Shown: positions 1 to 10,552 of the stretch, in pieces
Layout of the letters: every line of letters starts with the position of its first letter
Position numbering within the stretch: position 1 is the stretch's first letter
NCBI GenBank assembly: GCA_963718665.1
Contig: OY970359.1
Coordinates: 1,920,001 to 1,984,000, forward strand
Length of the DNA: 64,000 nt
Origin: an uncultured Phycisphaerales bacterium
GTDB taxonomy: Bacteria > Planctomycetota > Phycisphaerae > Sedimentisphaerales > Anaerobacaceae
Reading direction: 5' to 3'
Position numbers and translations under genes: made by a program
The notes under the pieces: model-generated
Databases searched by the model: none
What the model saw: only the letters and a program-made list of their open reading frames with translations
What the model was told of the DNA's origin: nothing

Positions 1-1
1 C

Positions 2-574
2 GCCTCGCTGATTAAATCCCTCGATGAATTGCCCAAAGAAGCAATAATCGGCACATCGAGTTTGAGAAGGACCGTCCAGTTAAAACGATTGCGCAGCGAT
101 TTGCGGTGTGTTCCCATACGGGGCAACGTTACCACTCGCCTCAAAAAACTCGAACAAGGCGACTTCGATGCAATCGTTTTGGCGCGGGCAGGTCTCGAAC
201 GACTCGGCTTAGCCGATAAAATCTCAATCATCTTTGACCCGACCAAATTCATCCCATCGCCTGCACAGGGCGCTCTTGCGGTTGAAGTTAGAGCCTATGA
301 TGCCGAAACAGAGGAAATCGTCTCGAAACTCGATGATAAAGATGCCCGCATAATAACAACCGCTGAACGTCAGGTTTTCTCCGCTCTTGGCTGCGGCTGT
401 CACGCACCAGCGGGAGTATTCGCACGAATTGACGGTTCTAAAATCACTATCTCCGCCTGCCTTAGCGACCCTGACGGCAGTAATTTCAGAGAATCTTCCC
501 TCTCTGGCCCAATTAACGATTCCGCCAAATTAGCCCAATCCTTCGCTGATAAACTCAGGCAAAAAAGCAGTTAG
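2..574 (+). CDS. hemC: Hydroxymethylbilane synthase (porphobilinogen deaminase), 5' part outside window
   Basis: Motifs GTSSLRR, IRGNVTTRL, DAIVLARAGL, PSPAQGAL, LGCGCHAP; frame is open to the window edge. Confidence 0.95.
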   Translation, partial: ASLIKSLDELPKEAIIGTSSLRRTVQLKRLRSDLRCVPIRGNVTTRLKKLEQGDFDAIVLARAGLERLGLADKISIIFDPTKFIPSPAQGALAVEVRAYDAETEEIVSKLDDKDARIITTAERQVFSALGCGCHAPAGVFARIDGSKITISACLSDPDGSNFRESSLSGPINDSAKLAQSFADKLRQKSS

Positions 575-578
575 TAAA

Positions 579-1229
579 TTACACCCTGTGCGGCAAACCA
601 TTCAACGGGCATTCTTCGCATTTAGGCGTCGGCTTACAGAAATCCTTTCCCAAATGAACAAGAAGAGCGTGATACTCATTAAAGAGTTGAATGTCCGAAG
701 ACAAATTCGATTCAAATGTTTCCTGAATCTGATGATAGTCCGCGCCTTCGTCAATCAAATGATGGCGTGAACATATCCGGGCTGTATAGGCATCGACAAC
801 AAAGACAGGACGATTGAGGGCGTAAAGCAAAATCGAGTCGGCTGTTTCGGGGCCAATACCTTTTACGCTGAGCAATTGCTGGCGAAGTTCATCGGTCGGC
901 ACATTTTCGAGATTTTTTAATTCGCCGCAGTATTTTTCAAAAAACCAGTCGAGAAAGTTTTTCAATCGTTTCGCCTTTATATTGAAGTACCCGGCAGGGC
1001 GAATTAACTCAGCAAGTTTTTTGATATCAAGCCGATGCAGCTTATCAGGAGAAAGCACCCCGGCGTTTTTCAGATTGGTGATTGCCTTTTCGACGTTGGT
1101 CCAGTTGGTATTCTGGGTAAGAATCGCCCCAACAATAACCTCAAATGGTGTATCCCCCGGCCACCAGTCCTGCGGCCCAAACCGCTTAAAAAGCAAATCG
1201 TAAATCTCTTTCAGTTGTTCAGATAGCAT
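579..1229 (-). CDS. Endonuclease III-related HhH-GPD DNA glycosylase
   Basis: WWPGDTPFEVIVGAILTQNTNW, HhH motif LLSVKGIGPETADSILLY, VDAY, C-terminal Cys cluster; start placed at MLSEQL. Confidence 0.88.
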   Translation of the reverse strand: MLSEQLKEIYDLLFKRFGPQDWWPGDTPFEVIVGAILTQNTNWTNVEKAITNLKNAGVLSPDKLHRLDIKKLAELIRPAGYFNIKAKRLKNFLDWFFEKYCGELKNLENVPTDELRQQLLSVKGIGPETADSILLYALNRPVFVVDAYTARICSRHHLIDEGADYHQIQETFESNLSSDIQLFNEYHALLVHLGKDFCKPTPKCEECPLNGLPHRV

Positions 1230-1341
1230 TGATGCGATTATACAGGTACTCGGGATAAACTGCCAGAATGGCGAGTGACTGGTTAACTCGACTGCCAAAA
1301 GTGGTTTGACAAAGAAGCACAGCTAATCACGAGTTCGATTT

Positions 1342-1410
1342 TAAGCTCTTATATTAAAAGGAGTTAGGAAAAGGACTGGTATTGCGGGCCGTATTGGTAT
1401 AGTATTTGCA
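1342..1410 (+). promoter_or_regulatory. Sigma-54 (-24/-12) promoter with upstream IHF-like site for the chaperone operon
   Basis: TGGTATAGTATTTGCA at 1395-1410 has exact GG-N10-GC spacing; TAAGCTCTT-N7-AAGGAGTTA at 1342-1366 resembles IHF sites. Confidence 0.65.
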
Positions 1411-1477
1411 GGTTATCACCACCAAGACACTAAGACTCTAAGTAAAAATGTTGATAAATTAGTAAGGAGAGTATGCA

Positions 1478-3147
1478 ATGGCAGTGAAACAATTGGCATT
1501 TGACGTTGAAGCCCGCAAGGGGTTATTGAAGGGCGTTGAGAAGTTGGCAGCGGCGGTCAGGGCGACTTTGGGACCGAGAGGCAGAAATGCGATTATCGAT
1601 AAAGGATGGGGCGGGCCGACCGTCACAAAAGACGGCGTTACGGTAGCCGAAGAAATCGAGCTGTCGGACAAAAACGAAAACATGGCGCCAAGTTGGTCAA
1701 AGAGGCGGCCAGCAAGACCTCGAAAATAGCGGGCGACGGGACTACAACAGCGACCGTCCTGACCGAGGCGATGTTCACCGAGGCATTCAGAAACTTAGCA
1801 GCGGGTGCGGACGCGATGGCGCTTAATCGTGGAATGCAGGAGGCGTCAAAAGCGGTTGTTGAGAAACTAAAAACACTCGCGAAACCCGTTGATATCAGCA
1901 AGAGAACCGATATCGTCAACGTCGCGTCAATCTCAGCAAACAACGACAGCGAAATCGGCAACAAGATGGCGGACGCATTCCAGCGGGTCGGCAAAGACGG
2001 CGTCATTACAATCGAGGACGGCAAAGGGTTCGAGACAACGGTTGATTTCGTCGAAGGTATGCAGTTTGACCGCGGATACCTGTCGCCCCATTTCGTTACC
2101 AATCCCGACAATATGACCTGCGAACTGGAACGGCCATTGATATTAGTTTACGAAGACAAAATCAGCAGCGTGGCAAAGTTAGTGCCCTTACTCGAAAAGT
2201 CAGCAAAAGCGAAAAGGCCTTTACTCATCATCGCCGAAGACATCGAAAGCGAGGCGCTGGCGACCTTAGTGGTCAATAAATTAAAGGGGATTATACAGTG
2301 TGCTGCCGTAAAAGCACCGGGTTATGGCGACAGGCGCAAGGCAATGCTGGAAGATATCGCCGTATTGACCGGCGCAGAGCCGATATTCAAGGATTTGGGA
2401 ATCGAGCTTGAAGGCATCAGCGCAAAGCAATTAGGCCAGGCAAAGAAAATAACCATCGACGGCGACAACACGATTATCGTCGAAGGCGCAGGCGATGAGG
2501 GAGCAATCAAAGGCAGAATCAAACAGATTCAGGATGAAATCTCGAAAACCACCAGCGACTACGATAAAGAAAAATTACAGGAACGTTTGGCGAAACTCAC
2601 CGGCGGCGTTGCCCAGATTAAAGTCGGCGGAGTGAGCGAAGCCGAAATGAAAGAGCGAAAAGCGAGAATTGAAGACGCACTGCACGCGACAAGGGCAGCC
2701 ATTGAAGAAGGCATAGTCCCCGGCGGCGGTGTCGCGCTGATTCGCTGCATCGACTCGATAAAGGCGTTGAAACTGACCGGCGATGAAAAAACCGGCGCAG
2801 ATATCGTAGCAAAATCACTGACGATGCCATGCTACTGGATAGCAGCAAATGCCGGCGCGACAGCGAACCTGGTTGTGAGCAAGGTCGCGGAAGGCAAAGG
2901 CGCATTCGGCTACAACGCGGATAAAGACATCTACGAGGACCTGATTGCTGCCGGCGTCATCGACCCGGTTAAAGTAACAAGAATCGCACTGCAAAACGCA
3001 GTTAGTATTGCGGGATTGCTGCTGACAACGGATTGCGTCATTACGGAAAAGCCGCAGGACAAGAAAGAGGGACATCAGCACCCAGGTATGGGCGGCGGTA
3101 TGGGCGGAATGGGTGGCATGGGCGGTATGGACGATTACGGAATGTAA
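1478..3147 (+). CDS. groEL: Chaperonin GroEL copy 1, with a 1-bp frameshift near 1684 (probable sequencing error)
   Basis: N-terminus in ORF 1478-1729, remainder in ORF 1606-3147 (GDGTTT, GGM tail). AACATGGCGCC lacks one G compared with AATATGGGCGCT in copy 2. Confidence 0.95.
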
Positions 3148-3225
3148 ATTTTTGCCACAAAGACACTAAAACACAAAGAAAAAAGTTAGGATTTTGGATA
3201 ACTGAAAATAAAAGGAGATTTAGAT

Positions 3226-3516
3226 ATGAAGTTGGCGCCATTGGATGACAGGGTTGTAATAAAACAATCGGAGGCAGAAGAAAAAAGCTCGGGCGGAATC
3301 ATACTGCCTGATGCGGCAAAGGAAAAACCGCAAAGGGGGAAAATTATCGCCGTCGGGCCGGGCAAGATGCTTGATAACGGCAAACGCGGCGCAATGAACG
3401 TCAAAAAAGGCGACGAGATCATTTACGCCAAATACATAGGCAACGAGATTGAGATTGACGGCGAAAACTACGTCATACTGCACGAAGGCGACATACTCGG
3501 CGTGATTGAGAAATAA
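3226..3516 (+). CDS. groES: Co-chaperonin GroES
   Basis: PLDDRVV, SGGIILPDAAKEKP, AVGPG; RBS AGGAG. Confidence 0.97.
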   Translation: MKLAPLDDRVVIKQSEAEEKSSGGIILPDAAKEKPQRGKIIAVGPGKMLDNGKRGAMNVKKGDEIIYAKYIGNEIEIDGENYVILHEGDILGVIEK

Positions 3517-3582
3517 AGGAAACCACAGATTACACAGATTGCACTGAAGTAAAGATAAAAGAAAAATTGAGAGGTTGAAGAT

Positions 3583-5208
3583 ATGGCAAAGCAATTGATG
3601 TTTGATGATGCGGCGAGGCAGCAGCTCAAGGAAGGATTGAGTGAGCTGGCAAACGCCGTGAAAGTTACATTAGGACCTACGGGCAAAAACGTGATATTAC
3701 AGAAAAGCTGGGGTTCGCCCAAAATCACAAAGGATGGCGTAAGCGTCAGCAAGGAAATCGAGCTGCAGCAGCCCTTCAAAAATATGGGCGCTAAAATGGT
3801 CAACCAGGCGGCGAGTAAAACAGCCGACGAGGTTGGCGACGGTACAACGACGGCGACGATATTGGCAGAGGCGATATACAACGAGGGCCTCAAATACGTT
3901 ACCGCGGGCGTCAACCCGATGGCGATACAACGAGGTATCAACAAAGCAGTCGCCAAGGCCAGCGAATTCATAAAGTCGATTTCGACGCCGGTAAAAGGCG
4001 ATGACATTGCCAAGGTGGCGACAATCAGCGCTAACAACAACGCATCAGTCGGAAAACTACTCGCCGAAGCGATGGAGAAGGTGGGCAAAGATGGCGTCAT
4101 AGAGATTGAAGAAGGCAAAGGTACGGAAAATGAAGTCAACGTCGTCGAAGGTATGCAATTCGACCGCGGCTACATATCGCCTTACTTCATGACCAACCCG
4201 GAGACGCTGGAGTGCGTGCTTGAAGACGCACATATACTGCTGCACGAAAAGAAACTCTCGAACGTGCGGGAAATGATACCACTGCTCGAAAAAATAGCGC
4301 AGGTCGGCGGCTCATTATTGATTGTGGCAGAAGACGTCGAAGGCGAAGCCCTCGCGGCGCTCGTTATTAACCGCCTGCAGGGAGTCCTCAAAGTTTGCGC
4401 GGTCAAAGCGCCGGGATTTGGCGACAGACGCAAGGCGATGCTCCAGGATATGGCCACATTGATCGGCGGCGAAGTAATCAGCGAAGACCTCGGAATAAAA
4501 CTGGAAAAAATCGAGTTGTCGCAACTGGGTCAGGCCAAGAAAATCGTCATAGACAAGGAAACCACGACGGTAATCGAAGGCGCAGGCAGCAAGAAAAACA
4601 TACAGACAAGATGTGAACAGATACGCAACCAGATGGAAAAAACGACGAGCAGCTACGACAAAGAAAAGCTCCAGGAACGACTTGCGAAACTCACAGGTGG
4701 CGTCGCGGTAATCAAGGCGGGAGCGGCAACCGAAACGGAAATGAAAGAGAAAAAGGACCTGCTCGACGACGCGCTGCACGCGACAAGAGCAGCAACACAG
4801 GAAGGCATCGTCGCAGGCGGCGGTGTGGCGTTCCTGCGGGCGATTGCCGTAGTCGAAAAAGAAAAGAGCAAGGCAAAGGGCGACGAACAAATCGGGTTCG
4901 AGATTATCGCCCAGGCGCTTCGCAAACCCACGATGCAGATTGCGGAAAATTCCGGCGAGCACGGCGACGTTATCGCCGCCAAGCTGCTGGAACGATTAGA
5001 CAGCGAAAAGAACATCGGATACGACGCCAACAAGGGCGAGTTTGTGGATATGCTAAAGGCCGGCATCGTTGACCCGGCCAAGGTCGTCAGGACCGCTCTC
5101 GAAACAGCCGCATCGGTTGCGGGGCTTATGTTGACTACCAGCGTCCTGATTACCGACCTCAAAGACGATGACAAAGACGCTGAGCCGATTGCCGGGTCAG
5201 TAAGGTAA
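3583..5208 (+). CDS. groEL: Chaperonin GroEL copy 2 (no GGM tail)
   Basis: [40 protein letters not shown]. Confidence 0.97.
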   Translation: MAKQLMFDDAARQQLKEGLSELANAVKVTLGPTGKNVILQKSWGSPKITKDGVSVSKEIELQQPFKNMGAKMVNQAASKTADEVGDGTTTATILAEAIYNEGLKYVTAGVNPMAIQRGINKAVAKASEFIKSISTPVKGDDIAKVATISANNNASVGKLLAEAMEKVGKDGVIEIEEGKGTENEVNVVEGMQFDRGYISPYFMTNPETLECVLEDAHILLHEKKLSNVREMIPLLEKIAQVGGSLLIVAEDVEGEALAALVINRLQGVLKVCAVKAPGFGDRRKAMLQDMATLIGGEVISEDLGIKLEKIELSQLGQAKKIVIDKETTTVIEGAGSKKNIQTRCEQIRNQMEKTTSSYDKEKLQERLAKLTGGVAVIKAGAATETEMKEKKDLLDDALHATRAATQEGIVAGGGVAFLRAIAVVEKEKSKAKGDEQIGFEIIAQALRKPTMQIAENSGEHGDVIAAKLLERLDSEKNIGYDANKGEFVDMLKAGIVDPAKVVRTALETAASVAGLMLTTSVLITDLKDDDKDAEPIAGSVR

Positions 5209-5228
5209 TTTCGAGTTGTGAATTTATG

Positions 5229-5250
5229 ACCCCGCAATAAATTGCGGGAC
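5229..5250. repeat. REP-like palindrome CCCGCAAT-AA-ATTGCGGG
   Basis: Inverted repeat between groEL copy 2 and dnaJ. Confidence 0.5.
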
Positions 5251-5258
5251 TAAATAAT

Positions 5259-6404
5259 ATGCCGAAACGGGATTACTACGAGGTTTTAGGGGTTGCGAAA
5301 AACGCCTCGCCGGACGATATTAAACGCGCGTACAGGCGCATGGCGATAAAGTACCATCCCGACAAAAACCCCGACAACAAAAAAGAAGCCGAGGTGAAGT
5401 TCAAGGAATGCGCTGAGGCATACGAAGTCCTCAGCGACACAGAAAAACGTCAGCGATACGACCAGTTTGGTCACGACGGTCTTCGCGGCTCGGGCGTTCG
5501 CGATTATTCGCATATGCGATGGCAGGATATCGGCAGCTCCTTCGAGGACATATTCGGTTTCGGAGACCTCAGCGACCTTTTCGGAGGTGCATCACGAGGC
5601 CGCAGAGGCGCCAGGCGCGGCCCCACGAGAGGTTACGACCTCGAAACGATGGTCGAGTTGTCGCTGCAGGAAGTGGCCAAGGGCACGGAAAAAACAATCG
5701 AATTCACACGCCAGGACTTATGCGGCGAATGCAACGGCACCGGCAGCGCGAAAGGTGCGAAACCAAGCGCCTGCCCAATCTGCGGAGGCACAGGACAAGT
5801 CGCAAGAGGGGGCGGATTCTTCCAGATGGTTTCAACCTGCCCGCAATGTCGCGGGACGGGAGAAGTGATAACAAACCCGTGCAGGCAGTGCAGCGGCAGC
5901 GGCCATATGCCCAAACAGCGTGTCGTCAGCGTAAAAATACCCGCCGGAGTCCACGAGGGCCAGGGCGTGCGAGTGAGCGAAGAAGGCGAGCCGGGACGCG
6001 ACGGCGGCCCAAGGGGCGATTTGTACTGCTATGTGAAAATTAAGCCACACGAATTTCTTGAACGCGACGGCAACGACCTTATTGCAGCCGTCCCCATAAG
6101 CTTCACACAGGCCTCTCTCGGCGCGACAATCGAAGTGCCCAGTTTGGACGGTATGAAAGAATTGAAAATACCGCCCGGTACGCAGCACGGTAGCATGTTT
6201 AGAATAAAAGGCCAGGGCCTGCCTGACCTGAGAAGCAGGCGCACCGGCGATGAGCTTGTGCATATAATGGTTGAGATACCGACGAAACTGAACGACAAAC
6301 AGGAAGAATTGCTGCGGGAGTTTGCGAAAACCGAAAACAAGAGCGTCTTCCCAAAAGCGAGCGGCTTTGTTGAGCATTTGAAAAAGTATTTTGGCGGCAA
6401 CTAA
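5259..6404 (+). CDS. dnaJ: Molecular chaperone DnaJ
   Basis: J-domain HPD, G/F-rich region, four CxxCxGxG repeats. Confidence 0.97.
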   Translation: MPKRDYYEVLGVAKNASPDDIKRAYRRMAIKYHPDKNPDNKKEAEVKFKECAEAYEVLSDTEKRQRYDQFGHDGLRGSGVRDYSHMRWQDIGSSFEDIFGFGDLSDLFGGASRGRRGARRGPTRGYDLETMVELSLQEVAKGTEKTIEFTRQDLCGECNGTGSAKGAKPSACPICGGTGQVARGGGFFQMVSTCPQCRGTGEVITNPCRQCSGSGHMPKQRVVSVKIPAGVHEGQGVRVSEEGEPGRDGGPRGDLYCYVKIKPHEFLERDGNDLIAAVPISFTQASLGATIEVPSLDGMKELKIPPGTQHGSMFRIKGQGLPDLRSRRTGDELVHIMVEIPTKLNDKQEELLREFAKTENKSVFPKASGFVEHLKKYFGGN

Positions 6405-6406
6405 CA

Positions 6407-7039
6407 ATGTTCCCGAAAAAGAAAGATAACTCGAAAGAAGAACAACAGCAGGCCCCTTCGACAAGCTCAGGGCAGGCAGCACCGCAGGAGCAGCCAAAGG
6501 CCGAACAGATTGCGCAGGATATGCAGGAACTGCAAAAACAACTGGAAGGGCTTCGCAAGGAAAAAGATGACATCTTCGCCAAATTGCAGCGAGTAGCGGC
6601 GGATTACGATAATTACCAGAAACGCTCGACTAAACAGACAACGGAAGCCGTCGCACACGAAACGGAAAAGATAATTAAGACGTTGCTGCCGGTAATGGAT
6701 GACTTCGAACGTGTCCTGGTCAACGCCCAATGCAGCGAAAACGCAGACGCAGTCATAAAGGGAATCGGCATCGTATATGAGCACCTCAAAGGAATCCTGC
6801 GTTTGGAGGGTGTCGAACAAATTGATGCGGCGGGAGAAAAATTTGATCCCGTTCGTCACCAGGCGCTGACGCAGCGAACCGAGCAGGACAAGGAAAACGG
6901 CATTGTTCTGGAAGAATTGCAAAAAGGATATAAGCTCAACGGCAGGGTGATTCGCGCAAGCAGGGTAGTCATAAACAAAACGCCAGCAACACAGATGTCG
7001 CCGCAACCGGAAGAGCCGGAAACAAAGGACACGCAGTAG
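6407..7039 (+). CDS. grpE: Nucleotide exchange factor GrpE
   Basis: ADYDNYQKR, LLPVMDDFER, FDPVRHQAL, QKGYKLNGRVIR. Confidence 0.95.
   Translation: MFPKKKDNSKEEQQQAPSTSSGQAAPQEQPKAEQIAQDMQELQKQLEGLRKEKDDIFAKLQRVAADYDNYQKRSTKQTTEAVAHETEKIIKTLLPVMDDFERVLVNAQCSENADAVIKGIGIVYEHLKGILRLEGVEQIDAAGEKFDPVRHQALTQRTEQDKENGIVLEELQKGYKLNGRVIRASRVVINKTPATQMSPQPEEPETKDTQ
6454..6477 (+). repeat. 24-bp palindromic mini-element inserted in frame in grpE (encodes PSTSSGQA)
   Basis: CCCTTCGACAAGCTCAGGGCAGGC, with GCAGGC repeated immediately upstream (6448-6453). Confidence 0.65.
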
Positions 7040-7041
7040 TT

Positions 7042-7356
7042 ATGCCTACTTACGAATATAAATGCGATAAATGCGACCACCACTTCGAACAAATGCAAAG
7101 CATCACCTCCAAACCGCTGCGAAAATGCCCGAAGTGCGGCAAATCCGCCCTCAGACGGCTCATCGGCACAGGCGCAGGACTTATCTTCAAAGGCAGCGGC
7201 TTTTACGCCACCGATTACAGAAGCGAAAACTACAAGGAATCGGCAAAAAAAGAAAAGCCAGAAAAAACCAGCGAGAAAAAAGAAACGACTACAACACCGG
7301 CCTCAGGCGAAAGCTCAAAATCGAAACCTAAAAAAATAAAACCATCACCCGCATAG
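7042..7356 (+). CDS. FmdB-family zinc-ribbon protein
   Basis: MPTYEYKC..C, CPKCG, FKGSGFYATDY. Confidence 0.9.
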   Translation: MPTYEYKCDKCDHHFEQMQSITSKPLRKCPKCGKSALRRLIGTGAGLIFKGSGFYATDYRSENYKESAKKEKPEKTSEKKETTTTPASGESSKSKPKKIKPSPA

Positions 7357-8517
7357 CCGACGGTAAACGGCTTCGATAGTATCGACCATTGTATCGGGAC
7401 TGAATTTTTCCCTCACAAATTCTCGGCCGTTAGCACCAAGTTTTTCGCGAAGGGCTTTATCCTGAATTAATTCCGCACAGGCGGCAGTCAGTTGCTCGAC
7501 ATTTTCCGGCGCAATCAGCCGGCCCGTATTCTCATTGACGGCCTCTCTTGCTCCGTCGAGGTCGAAACATATCGCGGGCCTGCCGCAGAGCATTGCCTGC
7601 GGAAGCGTCCGGGCAAGACCTTCTCGCAGCGAGCAGTGAACAAGAATATCGGATGATTGCAAAACTGTCGGCATCATATTCGGCGACAGCAAACCGGTGA
7701 ATCTGAACCTGTGACCAAGACCCAGCCCGTCAACCCGCTTTTTGTATTTGTCTGCCCAAATACCATCGCCGACGAACAGCCAGATTACATTCGGGAATTT
7801 ATCTGCCAACGTCTTCGCGGATTCGATTATGAATTCGTGGCCCTTTAGGTAAAACAGCCGGGCGATAGTTACAAGCACAATAGAATCTTCCGGTATGGCG
7901 TATTCCTGCCTGAACTGGTTTTTATCCTCATCGGAAATCGGCCAAAGAAAATCGTCTTCCTCAATTGCGGAATATGCAGTTGCATACTTGTCGGGCGAAC
8001 CAATACCCACGGCAAGCGATTGATTTGTCATCGCGTCAGCTACGCTTATAAAAAAGTCGGTGCGTTTGGCTGCGGCTTTTTCGACTGCAATATAAAACCT
8101 GTTGAGCATCGCGATTTGATAAGGATGAAAAGCCAAACCATGAACACCGTGAACAACCTTAGGCAAATCAACTCCCCATTTACCCTTAAGCGAATGCGCC
8201 GCGTATCGACCCAGAATGCCCGCCTTGGCGGAATGAGTATGAACAATCTGGGGTTTCAATTCCCGCAGGACGTCTTTGATTTGAAAATATGCCGGTATGT
8301 CGTAATGTGGGTTAATCTGGCGTCGCAGGTCGTTAAGGATGATGAAATTAAATTTTTGATTTTGTGCAAACTCATACAAATCTCCCTCCGGCCCAAGCGC
8401 AGGCCCTGTTACAAGCGTAACATCATGCCCCCGCTCGGCAAGCAGCTTGCAGGTAATCAGCGTATTCTCCTGTGCGCCGCCTAAAATCAACCTGGTTATG
8501 ATATGAACTATCTTCAA
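7345..8517 (-). CDS. Glycosyltransferase family 4
   Basis: HIITRLILGGAQ, HTHSAKAG, EGLARTLPQAM; TTG start overlaps the truA stop. Confidence 0.9.
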   Translation of the reverse strand: MKIVHIITRLILGGAQENTLITCKLLAERGHDVTLVTGPALGPEGDLYEFAQNQKFNFIILNDLRRQINPHYDIPAYFQIKDVLRELKPQIVHTHSAKAGILGRYAAHSLKGKWGVDLPKVVHGVHGLAFHPYQIAMLNRFYIAVEKAAAKRTDFFISVADAMTNQSLAVGIGSPDKYATAYSAIEEDDFLWPISDEDKNQFRQEYAIPEDSIVLVTIARLFYLKGHEFIIESAKTLADKFPNVIWLFVGDGIWADKYKKRVDGLGLGHRFRFTGLLSPNMMPTVLQSSDILVHCSLREGLARTLPQAMLCGRPAICFDLDGAREAVNENTGRLIAPENVEQLTAACAELIQDKALREKLGANGREFVREKFSPDTMVDTIEAVYRRLCG

Positions 8518-9299
8518 TATCGAATCCACATCAAGCAAAGACCTTCGGGCGGGGCGATGGGGCCAGCTGCCCGGCGGTTTTTTGCCTCGATGATTTCCGG
8601 TATTTTCTCCGGCTTCATCCTGCCCACGCCAACTTCGACAAGCGTCCCGACGATATTCCTTACCATATTATAAAGGAAACGGTCGCCTTCGACATCGATA
8701 AATACCCAGTCATCGCCCATAATTGGTTTATCGCTCGGGTCTTGAGGCGGAAACTTCGATGAATATACCTCACAGCGAAAAATCGTGCGGATTGAATCGG
8801 TGCGGTGGTCGTCCGCTGTGGCGAATGACTTGAAATCCTGTTTGCCCAGCAGTAATTTGGCCGCTTGGTTCATAAGGGCAATATCGAGTTTCGCATCAGC
8901 AAGGTGCCAGCAGTGATGAATTTCGAAAACGGGCCTCGCCTGGCCTGTGAAAATGGAATAACGGTAGAGTTTGCGCTTCGGGTCGCCTATGACGTTGAAA
9001 CCCATAGGGATGTCAACCGCCTCAACTACGGCGATATCCGGGGGCAATCGGTCGGTGATTGCCTTGGCAAGATTTTTTGTGGGGATAGGCGAATCGATTT
9101 GAATTAACGCGACCTGGCCTTTTGCGCTTACGCCCGCGTCGGTTCTCGATGCGGCCGTTATCCTCGTCCGCCAGCCGAGCAATTCGCTTACCGCGTTGGC
9201 AAGCTCCGCCTGTATGGTTCTTTTGCCGGGCTGTATTTGCCAGCCGTGATAGCTCGTGCCGTCGTATGATATCGTTAGTTTTACGTTACGCAGTGCCAT
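8514..9299 (-). CDS. truA: tRNA pseudouridine(38-40) synthase
   Basis: YDGTSYHGWQ, SRTDAGV, FLYNMVRNIVG, APPEGL. Confidence 0.95.
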   Translation of the reverse strand: MALRNVKLTISYDGTSYHGWQIQPGKRTIQAELANAVSELLGWRTRITAASRTDAGVSAKGQVALIQIDSPIPTKNLAKAITDRLPPDIAVVEAVDIPMGFNVIGDPKRKLYRYSIFTGQARPVFEIHHCWHLADAKLDIALMNQAAKLLLGKQDFKSFATADDHRTDSIRTIFRCEVYSSKFPPQDPSDKPIMGDDWVFIDVEGDRFLYNMVRNIVGTLVEVGVGRMKPEKIPEIIEAKNRRAAGPIAPPEGLCLMWIRY

Positions 9300-9308
9300 A
9301 GTAGGAAT

Positions 9309-9339
9309 AAAAAAGCCCCCGGTATTACCCAGGGGCTTT
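9309..9339 (-). terminator. Intrinsic terminator after asd
   Basis: AAAGCCCC/GGGGCTTT stem followed by a U-tract on the minus strand. Confidence 0.65.
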
Positions 9340-9354
9340 CGTAAAATCTCCTGA

Positions 9355-10356
9355 TTACAGCAATTTTTCAGCGATTTGAATCGCGTTGAGCGCTGCGCCT
9401 TTGCGAAGCTGGTCGCCCGCCACCCAGATGTTTATGCCGCGATTTTCCGGTATCGAGAAATCCTGCCTTATTCTGCCAACGAATACGTCGTCCTTGCCGG
9501 TTGCGTCGATGGGCATTGGGAAACGATTATGCTCACGGTCGTCCATAAGCGAAACGCCCGGCGCATCTTTGAGGATATCTCTGACCTCATCGGGCGTAAT
9601 CGGGTCGGTGAACTCAAGGTTGATGCTCTCACTGTGCGCCCTGAAAACCGCCACGCGAATACAGGTCGCGGTAACCGCGATATCCTGGCAATCGAATATC
9701 TTCCTGGTCTCGTTGACCATTTTGACTTCTTCCTGGTTATAGCCGGTAGAGTCCAGCGCAGAATTGTGACTGAACACATTGAAGGCAAGCTGATAAGGCA
9801 ACACTTTAATCGTCGGCTTTTTGCCTGCCAGTATCTCGCGTGTCTGCTGCTCAAGCTCCAGCATCGCCGCCTGCCCCGCGCCGCTTGCTGCCTGGTAGGT
9901 GCTGACAACCATACGTTTTACCGGGTTTGCCTTGTGCAAAGGCCATACCGGAACGATGCCGATAATCGTCGAACAGTTCGGATTAGCGATTATGCCCTTA
10001 TGCTCCTTGATTTTCTGCGGGTTAATCTCCGGGATAACCAGAGGAACATCAGGGACCATTCTGAACGCCGAGGAGTTATCAACAACAACCGCGCCCGCCT
10101 TCACCGCCGCCGGTGCGAAGGTCTTGCTTCGGTCGGCTCCTGCGCTGAATAACGCTATATCGACCCGGTCGAAACTCTTGTCTGTCATCTGCTCAACGAC
10201 GTATTCCTTACCCTTGAACTGGATTGTCTTGCCCGCGGACCTGCTGCTCGCCAGCATCTTTATAGAATCAAAGGGAAAATCCCTTTCTTCGATAATACTC
10301 AAAAACTCCTGCCCGACCGCGCCGGTCACGCCTGCTATTGCCACATTACAACCCAT
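9355..10356 (-). CDS. asd: Aspartate-semialdehyde dehydrogenase
   Basis: GVTGAVG, DNSSAFRM, ANPNCST, STYQAASGAG, DQLRKGAA. Confidence 0.97.
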   Translation of the reverse strand: MGCNVAIAGVTGAVGQEFLSIIEERDFPFDSIKMLASSRSAGKTIQFKGKEYVVEQMTDKSFDRVDIALFSAGADRSKTFAPAAVKAGAVVVDNSSAFRMVPDVPLVIPEINPQKIKEHKGIIANPNCSTIIGIVPVWPLHKANPVKRMVVSTYQAASGAGQAAMLELEQQTREILAGKKPTIKVLPYQLAFNVFSHNSALDSTGYNQEEVKMVNETRKIFDCQDIAVTATCIRVAVFRAHSESINLEFTDPITPDEVRDILKDAPGVSLMDDREHNRFPMPIDATGKDDVFVGRIRQDFSIPENRGINIWVAGDQLRKGAALNAIQIAEKLL

Positions 10357-10379
10357 ACGAATACTCCTTAAATTCTCAC

Positions 10380-10466
10380 AAAAAAGGCAGCTGAATAAAG
10401 CTGCCTCGCCATTTCATCAAGTCCAGACGAATTCTGTATTTTAATAACGTTATTAGCAAAAAGCAA
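10380..10466 (-). promoter_or_regulatory. Sigma-70 promoter and 5' leader containing an intrinsic terminator upstream of asd
   Basis: TTGCTT(10466-10461)-N17-TAAAAT(10443-10438); hairpin AGGCAGCT/AGCTGCCT plus U-run at 10406-10380. Confidence 0.6.
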
Positions 10467-10552
10467 GAGGTTTTGGCTTCGGATTTTAGCCCCGCCACTC
10501 TCACTGAAGCCCTTATCTAAGGCGAATGGCGGGGTTTGTTACGATGGTGTTT

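Noticed and set aside
1380..1477. CIRCE operator before groEL
   Set aside because: TTAGCACTC-N9-GAGTGCTAA is not present
1680..1690. groEL copy 1 as a pseudogene or programmed frameshift
   Set aside because: One G is missing from a G-run, there is no slippery heptamer and the rest is intact; most likely a homopolymer sequencing error (check reads)
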